Source: Mytilus trossulus
Lineage: Eukaryota
Assembly: GCF_036588685.1 (NCBI RefSeq)
Contig: NC_086383.1
Location: forward strand, 62,868,001 to 62,932,000
Direction of reading: 5' to 3'
DNA: 64,000 nucleotides
Part shown: piece after piece, positions 1 to 11,200 of the stretch
How the letters are laid out: every line of letters starts with the position of its first letter
Numbering within the stretch: position 1 is the first letter of the stretch
Made by a program: the position numbers and the translations under genes
The notes under the pieces: model-generated
What the model was told of the DNA's origin: nothing
Databases searched by the model: none
What the model saw: the letters and a program-made list of their open reading frames with translations, nothing else

Positions 1-1977
1 TCATTTTTTTTTGCAGGATTTTAAGATGAATGAGAAACAATGGCTACTTCCAATACAATAGCACAATTGATAAAATGAACAACACACAAGGACTGCACTT
101 TTCATGCTAAGGAAGATCAACAAATGATACCCAAACAAGGATATTATTTTCATATCAGATTCCTGTACATGAGATATAAAGAGAAAATTCATTTTCCTGA
201 AAAGACAACTCTTTACTTATACATATGTGTGACAAAATTAATGGAATCAAGACTGTTTTAACTGTGCTAAAAGGAATACAAATTAGAAGTTAATTGACTG
301 TATTAAAAAAACGTGAGAAAAAAATTTACTGTATGAAAAAGCAGGTTCAGCAAAAGGAAATATGTTGAAATGAATGAATAACTAACTGCAATGATTCTGG
401 AACATGTGTTAGTTCATGATCAAACAAAGGAAAAATTTATAAGAAAGTGGAATACATATATGTGATATTGTGTCCTAATTATTATGATCACTGAGGAGAG
501 GATGTTTCACAGAACTTTTACTTCATAAATGTGTCACTGTGTACAAATTGTGATTTCATTCAGTGGATAAATTATATTTAGCTGTGGAATATTAAAATCA
601 AAATCATTAATAGTGTTTATTGATAATAATGTGAAACAAAAGCAAAAGTGTTAGGAATGATGAAATGTTTTCACATACAAATTAGCATATATAGATTCAT
701 CAATAGGAACACTCATTCCCTAATTTCAATGATTGTGAAACATGTTTTATAACAAAAACAAAAAATATCTATGTTATTTGGTTATGATGGTAAGTTGTGA
801 CACATTGAAAAACATACCACATGAAGTAAAATAAGTCATGTTAGCTGCATTTTATACATAATTTCAAATCAATCAATCAATGAATGTATATTTTAAATTA
901 CTTGGGTAATATGAAAAACTTTGAGGTTTTCTGTCAGACACTGATCATATATTCCCTTACAAAAACATTCACACCCCCTTTTCAGAAAGTACCAAATAAT
1001 GCTTATTGAGGAGCAATTATCAATATTAATTCAATTATCTAATTACATGAAGCTTTAAAAGATGATAAATATTATAATAACTTTTCTTATTCAGTTCAAC
1101 ATGATTTAAACTGATGTCTGCTAGTTTTATGCTGCTTTATCCTTAAAAATAAACACCTCATTGATGGTTAGCATTGCAATTATAAAAGATAATATATTAT
1201 ATTGATATTAATAAAATATAGATAATCAAAACAGTTACCCAAGTTCATGATTTTTCTAATTATACAGATTTAGGCCACAGATTCATTAATTGGGGTCTGA
1301 ACTGGGGGGTGAGGGGGGTTGTCAATTAGTTGCTATGATAATTTTTCTCTATTATTTTTATTCATATAGCATCTTTTCTTTACCCTGCAAAATTATTATT
1401 ATATATTCTTAAAATAAACTTTACACCCTATATATACCTATATTTCTGTTTCCTGTACCTTAAAAAGAGATTACAGCTAATTTCCAAAAGCATTTAGAGC
1501 AAGACTTAGGTTACCTTGCTTGCTTTGTTTGATATTGTACCATTATAATTTAGATAACATCCAATTGAATTTCACTATAATATTTACAGGTTTAAGTTTG
1601 TCTATATTTATTGTTTGAAGATGACAATCTTAAGTGCTTTAAGCTTTAAGCTTGGGTAAATATTTATACAAACAAGACAAGCAAGTCAACCAAAGTTTCA
1701 CTCTACAAGCTTTAGGAAATTAGCTGTAAAAGAAAATATTCTGCAAATTTATAAGTTTCAGAGATAATGGTACATATATTATACATACATAGAATAAATA
1801 CATATTTTGGAGTTTTAAGTATGCTTGAATGAGACACAGAATACTCATTGAATGTGTACATGATGTATAAAGGGTATGTGTGAAAAAAATGTTGCAGGAT
1901 TTGAAATATAATTAAATTTCCATTAGCTCTTGCACTATCATATTTGGTATAAATTGATTTAATAGTCCCATACTTAC

Positions 1978-2041
1978 TGACCATGGCACCATAAGTTTTT
2001 TTGTTATGAAATCATCATCTATTTTTCTTAAAGTATGTTTT
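1978..2041 (-). other. Candidate small internal exon of an unidentified minus-strand gene that runs off the left edge
   Basis: Minus strand reads TGATAG|A AAA CAT ... TGG TCA|GTAAGT. It is open in one frame (KHTLRKIDDDFITKKLMVPWS) and lies in a CpG-depleted block. No homology recognised. Confidence 0.3.
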
Positions 2042-3780
2042 CTATCAGCATGTGGTAATTAAATTTATTGAGAGAGAGAAAAAGCAGGACATTGAATATA
2101 TATTTCAAGCTGTCATTATATATGATGTGATTGCCACTGTGACCAACGACTGAATGATGTACAGTGTATGGGTCTGTATGATTTATGAGGAATGAGCAAG
2201 ATTCATGATTTTATTGTACACTCTAAAAGTTTACACTGTTACAAGTGGCAAAACCCAAACATGAGAGGCACCTCACCTGACAAAATAGAATTCAAAGAGC
2301 TATCTGATTGATTGAATGGTGTTTAACGACACTTCCCACACTGTTGTGCAAATACACGGAGGTCAGGTTTTATTGGTAGATAAAGCTACAGTGTCCGTAG
2401 AAAAATTCAATACATAATTTTTTTGCCAAAAAACACCAAACAGAAAGAAAAGGGGCTTTATACCCCAAGCCGATGTGTAATTATAATCATTCTGATCTAT
2501 TCTCCGAGTAAAATATATATATTTAAATAGTTTGTTTCTTTTATTAAATATTTGGTTATGGAGAAGATGCAACAAAAAGTACATTTAAATAAAGATCAGC
2601 AATAATTTCCCGATGACTGAAATTTTTATTTCTGTTTACAGAATTACTTCCCTTTGAAAGTCACTTGTGCGTTTGTAAACAATGTCGGACACAAAAAATT
2701 GTGAAACACGTTAACTTTGACTCAAAAGTGCTAGCGTGTAGAAATGATGAATTTTTGAGTCAAGTTAACGTACAGAAAGCTGAATATTAATATTTTTCGA
2801 AAACTGCTACTCGGTTCATGTTGTTAATACCGTTTAAGTGTTAGACGTTGTAATATCTGAAGGTCAAAGTATTTTTGGCACAATTCAGTCGAAAATCTCC
2901 GTTTATGTATTTAATCTTTTTATTCAAAGGAGGCGAGTAGCACTTTTCTAATACTTTGGTATATAAGCTATCCACAGATAACAATATTTAGAAAAACAAG
3001 ACTGTCTACACGCTAGCACTTTTGAGTTTACTGTTTTCACGTTTATAAATAGATTTTGAGTGTCACGTGATAACCACGTGATAATTTGAGAATGTTATTT
3101 TTGAAAACGAAAATTTATATTGTCAACTTACTAGCAAAAATAAAAAATATAACAAATTACACTATAAATGAGTCAAAAAGTCTTTTTATTAAAAGTCGAA
3201 ATTTAAGTATCATTTTTTCATTTTTTCGAAAATACAGCATTAACATACCCGCGATCGATCGATGATATATTTTTCTGTTAGTATTTGTTTTAACTCTGTG
3301 CTTGGTAACATGTTCCTTTTAAACTTGTACATTAATCACACTTATTTATTAAATTCTTTCTGTCTATATGATAAAATTTTCAATCAACCTATTGTATTGA
3401 AATGAACAGAACTGATATGTTTATGAAACTACAAATATGTAAATAAACCAAAGGATGTTTTGCTGAAGTTAGAGATACTGAAATAATACTTAACCAAAAG
3501 TATAGAAAGATTTTTGGTATACTTCATTCAATCGAAGACTAACAAAACACAAATAAATGCAAAAAAAAGACTTCTTGCGTGTTATATGCGATTTTAAGAT
3601 TGGATAAATGTCTTTTACAATATGTCAGGCATGTGATAGTAAGGTTGGGAGCAGAGTTATCTCTTCCTGTAAGAAAAATTCGTCATTGGAATTCAAAACA
3701 TCGAATTTGTTTCCACTTAAATGTCGCACTCCACATTCATACTTTCGGAATTTCATCTTGTTTAACAAAATATGTATATA

Positions 3781-4482
3781 CAGTCAGGGGCATTACTTAA
3801 ACAAGTAACAATTAAAATTACCTATACAAGTAATGTTGAAAACGAGGCTAATTTAAATATAATTTATATAAGTTATTTTTCTGAATATTTTTATAGGTGT
3901 CCAAGAATACAGATTTTACTAGCTTCAAATAATTTTCAAAGTTATCTGGTTATTTTTCACTTGATATATAAAAACTAGTTCTTCTGAAACACTAATTAAC
4001 TTTCCGACGCACTTATCTTTCATACCGACGCTTCTGGGTCAAAGATTGGTCTCTTGGGACTATTAAATTATCATTTTCCTCTAAAATCTTGAAGGTAGAC
4101 TGGTATAAATAGATAGATACTTGTGAATTAATTAAGACCTAAAGTTAATTTATAATTTGTAACCTAAATCATTTAAATATGTGCCTTAGATAAGTGTTAT
4201 AATTATTGTTATTTTGTTCAAAAATGTTTAAAATAACTTATTCAGGTAATATTTTTGTCATTATTTTCAAAGTAACCCTTTATGTCTTTACTCCTCTCAA
4301 ATCTGATAAATTCTATATTTTATGATATAAAATGTTGTTTAAAATCATGAAAATTACATTTTGTGTAAGTTTCTAATGAAAATTAAAATAACTCTATTAA
4401 GTAATTTCATTATTTTTAAAATAAAAAATTACTTATATAAGTAATTAAAAAAAATAACTTGTATAAGTTACGCCCCTGACCG
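3781..4482. mobile_element. Non-autonomous DNA transposon (MITE), about 700 bp
   Basis: Left end CAGTCAGGGGCATTACTTAAACAAGT matches the reverse complement of the right end, CGGTCAGGGGCGTAACTTATACAAGT. Flanks are TA-rich. Confidence 0.7.
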
Positions 4483-4953
4483 ATATAAATGAAATAGAAA
4501 AACTATCAAGTAAGTTTGATTATAATTATAAGTTCGAAACATTCAGTGCACATGATTAATATTGCGTTTTTTTTAACAAGTATGACATTCACAAAAGCCA
4601 TTGGACCAAAGAGCCAGAAAATATGGAACTTTATCCTCTATTGCAAAGCTTACAAAACTTTGCCGATCATCAATAAATTAAGACGAAAGCTGAAGTCATG
4701 TATAAATTTGTATGATAATAATTAAATCCTTAGTCGAAATCAATAAACTAAAAAATATTAAACAATTGCAAGTCATGAATATTATTAGCACATAATTTAT
4801 TGGTTGTTACAGTTTTATCTAATCATGCATTTCCAGTTTTTGACACAGAGTGCGGTAGTTGTGCTATATTTTTCTATCGCATTGTTTTGTGTTTTTTATT
4901 TTGGTGACAAGAGTTAATGAGAAATCATCCATTTGCAGAAAACTACATGTAAA

Positions 4954-5292
4954 ATGTGCAATACACCAACATTTCAATATTATCTTGTTATATGTTGTTT
5001 AGGAGTTGGAATTCGATTATGCGATGCAGTCATTATAACCGGTGGCACTCTACATAAAAACAAAAGCATGGTTGCTGACACTATTTTTTCACTAGACAAT
5101 ATAGGTTTACAAATGTGTATAAGAGAAGCTATGCGATACAAATCATGTACTGGTTTAAACTATTGGCATGACAAGCTTCAATGTAAACTTTTGTCGTGGG
5201 ACCGAAACACATCTAACTTGCCTGTATCATTAGATGACCAGCTTATCGATAGCCCAGGACATATATATACAGATATCGATAGTTGGACAATG
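4954..5292 (+). CDS. Gene 1 exon 1: signal peptide + PAN/apple-like domain
   Basis: Hydrophobic N-terminus MCNTPTFQYYLVICCLGVGIRLCDA; PAN-like pattern MCIREAMRYKSCTGLNYWHDKLQCKL. Ends SWTM|GTAAGA at the same position as paralogous exon 1 copies (WKM|GTAAGG). Confidence 0.88.
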
Positions 5293-8200
5293 GTAAGATC
5301 AGGACATGTATTAACTGATAACGATAGTTAGACGATGGTAAGTCCAGAACATGTATTAACAGATTTCGATAGTTGGACGATGGTAAGTTCAGGACATGTA
5401 TTGACAGACATCGATAGTTTGACGGTGGTAGGTCAAGGACATGTATATAAAGATATCTATAGTTGGACGATGGTAAGTCCAGGACATGGATATACAGATA
5501 TCGATAGTTGGACGGTGGTAAGTCTAGGACATGTTTTAACAGATATCTATAGTTGGACGATGGTAAGTCCAGGACATATATGTTTATATATATATATCTC
5601 TAAATCTCGTCTAAACATCAACCCAACAATGTTAGATCTGTAAATTTGCTTTCGCAAATTTTTGGTTCTTCCCTCGCCGGGATTCGAACCCATGCTACTG
5701 TGATATCGTGCCACAAAATCGCCTGCACTGCAGCCGTCCCGTTAGACCACACGACCACTTTGGCTTCACAAAAGTAAAGCCATCGGTGGGCATGTGTTAC
5801 CTTTCCTCGTCAGTTTTAATCTAGCGGCGCACTACAGTACATGATATATTAGGCATGGATATGTTATTGTTACAGATCAGCTAAATTATCTATAGTAAAG
5901 GATCCTAAAACTTAATGTAAGATACAGTCACAGAAAATTATTATATTTATAAGTACGTCTGAGTCAGTGACAACTCTACAACAGATTTATCCATCGGATC
6001 ACCATCAATGATGGTGATACATGGCTGTGTACAATGTCACAGAAAATAATTGTATTCATATAGATATCGATAGTTAGACGATGGTAAGTCCAGGACATAT
6101 ATATACAGATATCTATAGTTTGACGATGGTAAGTCCAGGACATGTATTAACATATATCGATAGTTGGACGATTGTAAGTCAAGGAAATGTATTAACTTGT
6201 ATCGATAGTTGGACGATGGTAAGTCCAGGACATGTAAATACAGATATCGATAGTAAGACGATGGTAAGTCCAGGACATGTATTAACAGATTTCGATAGTT
6301 GGACGATGGTAAGTCCAGGACATGTATTGAGAGTCATCGACAGTTTGAGGATGGTAAGTTCAGGACATGTATATACATATATCGATAGTTGGACGGTGGT
6401 TAGTCCAGGACATGTACTAACACATATAGATATTTGGACGATTGTAGGTCCAGGACATGTATTAACATATATTGATAGTTGGACGATGGTAAGTTCAGGA
6501 CATATATATTTAGATATCGATAGTTGGACGATGGTAAGTCCAAGACATGAATATACAGATAAGTATCGATAGTTTTATGATTTTTTTATCCAATGCTTTT
6601 CGTAAAAGAATATCTGATATTCCGTATATCGAACGTAAAAGATGCTACATATATTGACCATGATTTGTGTGCTCCAAGGACTGAGCAAAGGTTTATGCCT
6701 TCAAGGCCAGGAGTTAAATCATAAAACATGTGATTAATGAGATAAAGACAACAACAGTCTAAAAACAATCTACACAGGGACTTAGGAATCAGTCGTAATG
6801 TCGCTCCAAGCCAGGGGAATGACAAAGGAGGGGATTATGATATCAGATAGACATTCCAACTCATCAGTCGAAAATAAACATATGAATAAAAAGGAACAAG
6901 ACAGACACTTAAACTATAGTACACAAAACAAAACAAACACACTTAAGATTAAACAAAACGAACCCAACAAAAACATCTGAATGATCTCCGGTGCTCCAGA
7001 AGTATAAGCATAATATGTTCTACATGTGGCACATATAGTGTTGCTGATATTAATATAAACCCAGTAGGTTTCATTCGTGAAAAGGGATGGTATTGTAGTT
7101 ACGACAGAAGGAACATATCCGCTATCATCTGTTCAACGGATTGTTTATATTAGTCAACACACTTATGGTGGCGAATGCCAGATTACATTTCTCGTTTATC
7201 CTAAATATTTCAATATATTTCAAGTCGGATATATGTAGTTAAAAAAAAATAAAAATAAAAAGCTTTGTTGCACTATTTAGCAGTACACAAAACAGACATA
7301 CAATTTTGGTCTTTTTGTTTGTTAGTCATAGCCATAGAGATTCAAAATTTGATCATTCTAGTGACTATTGTGTCGTGTTAATAACTGCTTGTACGAAGGC
7401 AATGTAATGAGTCATCTTCTCCCTTTGATATTTTTTTAATGGGTCTTTTGTGAACTCTACGAATTGAGTAGGGGTATATATTCCAAAGGCATTTAATCAG
7501 TTATCTCAATGTTTTCTCGGGTATATCAAATAAACGATACTTTTTTTCATTTCTTCCATTTTTAAATTTTTATTTTTCATTGTTTTGGAAATAATTAATA
7601 ACACATTACACCAGTATCAATATCAGAAGGTTACCGACATGAGTAGCAATGCGTTCATCATGTACATGATGTATATGCCATAAAGTGTCCTTGCGTCCTG
7701 AAAACATTTGAATCTAGCAACATTAAATACTAAAAACTATTTAATTGAAATTATTCACATTATGTATAGAACCAATCAGAACGAGTTGGATGTAGCATGT
7801 ATGCATCAGATCATTGTTCAAAACTGCAAGTTGCCTTATTGAATTGTTGTTGTCGTTCGGTGGCTGCTTTATTGCTTTATACCCAACACCTGAATGACTT
7901 AAGATTCATATCAATTTTTTTTTTAGAATTAGTTCCTGTTAATTAAGATATTATTGCTATGCTTTTATTACTGCAAAAAGGAGGACAGGGGTTATCATTT
8001 CAACAATTTAAACTTGCATTTTTATTTATTTTATTTTGAGTAAAACAAGTTTTTTATCAATATCGCAAAAAATAAAATCGTATTTTAGTCTGAAATGACA
8101 AGTTCGCATAAATTGATGCACGCAATAACTTCATAAGTCACAGCAATCTCCGTACAGCGCTCGTTTCCTTTCCGTATACCTAGTACACTACAATACAATG

Positions 8201-11200
8201 ACATGTTTAGTGTAGTGATACGAAATAAGTACGGAACGGATGTGAGCTCTGCGCCGGAGATTGAAGTCACAGTCTCATTTAATTTCATTAACAGGATTCC
8301 GATAGCTGTTGGCCCAATCCCTGTCCTGATGGTACAAAGTGTGCTCTGTCCAAAAGTAACGGTGATTTCTGCTTATCATATGGTGAGTTTATCTGACTTT
8401 TTATTTTAATTATGAACATGATAAAAGAGAGAATATATAGTTTTAAGGCATACATCATCAATAAAGTCGGGAAAATTGTAGAAGAATTTATCTTATCAAA
8501 TCAATAACTCATTTTCCGTAAAGATAATCATAAATTAGATATTGCGTATATGGGTTTGTCAATGCTAGAGTTATATCATTCAATAATAGGTCAAGCATAA
8601 TTTCAATTAAGTTTGAATGGAAAACGTCACATGCTATGAATGCATCACCCAACATGCGAATCTTGATAATGTCGAATTTTTACAATCATAAAATAGTCAA
8701 AATTGGCAGAATGAAAGATCACATGACTATACAGCTGGTGTTAAACTTCTCGGACTGCAAGCACATGTCGCTATTTAGTTACGTCACCGACACATCTTTC
8801 AATTAACCGTTTGTTAACATTTAGGTTCATGTTTCAAAGGTTTTGGTTTTGCCATTTGCTTTGGGATTTTCCTTTTAGAATTTGTGACAAAGTTCGGTGA
8901 TTTTCTGCAGAAACAAACAACCAGCGTTATCTGCCGCAAAATTTCCCAATTGTACATGATCACACTTAAAGGGATTTTAGCAACATTAATCTGTTTTTTA
9001 CCTAAAATCATCCGAGTTCCTGTTAATAAATGCAGACGCTTCTTTAGTATCGAATCTCTCTTATTTCACAGTTCATTGGATTACCTTAGACTTTGTTCCT
9101 TATCTTGATGTTCTGTATAATTGATTTACAAGATAATGATACGTTACACCACTGTCGCTAAATAGATACACCGATATACCACTGTCGCTGAATTGCAGCA
9201 TTGGTATACCACTGTCGCTGAACTGAATCATCGGTAGACCATTGTCGCTGATTTAAAATATCGGTAACCCGCTGTCGATGTATTGGATCATCGGTATACC
9301 ACTATCACTGAATAAGAACATCGGTATACCGCTGTCGCTGAATTAGGACATCGGTATACCGCTGTCGCTGAATTAGAACATCGGAATACCGCTGTCGCTG
9401 AATTAGAACAGCAGAATACCACTGTAACTGAAAAAGAACATCGGTATACCGCTGTTGCTGAATAAGAATATCGGTATACCAACGTCACTGAATGAGAACA
9501 TTGGTATACCGCTGTCGCTGAATTAGAACATCGGAATACCGCTGTCGCTGAATTAGAACATCGGAATACAGCTGTCGCTGAATAAGAATATCGGTATACC
9601 AACGTCACTGAATGAGAACATTGGTATACCGTTGTCGCTGAATTATGACGTCGGTATACCGCTGTCGCTGAATTAGAACATCGGTATACCGCTGTTGTTG
9701 AATTGAGTCATCGGTATACCACTGTCGCTGAATTGAATCATCGGTATACCACTGTCGCTGAATTGGATTATCGGTATACCGCTATCGCTGAATTAGAACA
9801 TCGATATACCGCTGTCGTTAAATTGAATCATCGGTATACCACTGTCGCTGAAATGGATCATCGGTATACCGCTGTCACTGAAAAAACCGGTATACCACTG
9901 TCGCTGAATTAGAACATCGGCATACCGCTGTCATCATTGATATGTTAATGATATTAAACTAACTGTTTATAAAACTTCCAAAATTCTCAAATATTAAGGC
10001 TTTTCTACCTCATGAATACATCACTGTAATTGGCAAAACTTTTAGGAGTTTTGTTTATCCTCAATGATCTTTAACTTCGTACTTTATTTGGTCTTTTGAA
10101 AAAAATTTTGATTCGAGCGTCACTGATGAGTCGTATGTAGATGAAACATGCGTCTGTCGTATATATAAAATTTCAATATTGGTATATATGATGAATTTTT
10201 TCAGAACATCAATATACCATTTGCTTAATTTCAAACGTTAATGGTCCTTAAAACCTGATCTGTTTTCTTTTTATTTTGACAGACTGTCCAAGTGTTACGC
10301 TCCACAGTTGTGGATTTGAGAATGAGAATGATACATCATGTATTTTCAAGAATTCATTGCAGGATGATTTTGATTGGACACGTCATTTTGTAAGTTAAAA
10401 CACTTTGGTTTCATGGGAAAACGTTCAAACTCTATATATATGTATATAATTAAGACCCTTTCAAAAATGTAGAATTTATTATAAATTAAAAACGGATATT
10501 ATCATCATTATGTTGAATAGTTTTTTGGCAAAAGGATTTTATTCTGTATCTTGTGAAAAAATATCAGACATCTAAACGTTTAATAACAAATTTTAAACCT
10601 CATCGAAGTACAGCCTTATTACTTATTACTAATACTAGTAACTAATGCGACAAGTGTTTGATATTGAAATGCTATGATTTTATTTATTTGACATATTGCC
10701 ATGCGTTGTAATCCAATGGAGTTATTCGTTAAAAATATATGTCAATTAAATAATTATGTAGATAAAGAAAACAATATATGGCAATGTAACACTCATGAAT
10801 GATGTTCGTTTTGAAATATAAGAGATATATAAAACATATTGACCCAATATGGCCGACTTTGATGAAAATAAAACACGGAGAGCAAAATGCAGATCTGGAC
10901 TTAAAGCGCTGAACCTAAGGCCTTAAGAGCAAATCCGACAAGAGATAAAAATGTCCATCAAGTCTAGTAATTTGTATTGAAGTTGTTTTGTTGCTGCCCT
11001 TAAATTATTAATTAAGTTTTGCAGTTAGTTACTATTATCTTGAATATTATAATAGATGAAAATAAACTGTAAACAGCAAAATTGTTAAGCAAAGTAAGAT
11101 CTAAAAATACCTTTGAGAAGTAATTGCCCTCGTTGTAAAGTTTTAACATTTTTTTTTGTAACTCTTTTTAATTTTTACTTACATCTTCTCCTCTGAAACT

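Noticed and set aside
1-192. 63-aa minus-strand ORF after an acceptor-like TTTTCAG
   Set aside because: No recognisable motif and low complexity; it cannot be supported as a CDS from this window.
1291-1318. G-rich tract (also the G run at 37485-37503) as a G-quadruplex
   Set aside because: Simple homopolymer tracts with no supporting context.
5671-5765. tRNA gene
   Set aside because: A and B boxes are present, but there is no convincing acceptor or anticodon stem; treated as part of a repeat.
5335-6572. Repeat-protein ORFs (102 and 163 aa)
   Set aside because: By-products of the in-frame 45-bp array, cut off from exon 1 by the TAG at 5329.
8203-8409. ORF-track 68-aa protein
   Set aside because: The true exon 2 (8295-8382) is read in a different frame.
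9150-9935. CRISPR-like array (also 51321-52650 and 5251-6572)
   Set aside because: Head-to-tail repeats without unique spacers, no cas genes, eukaryotic intronic context.
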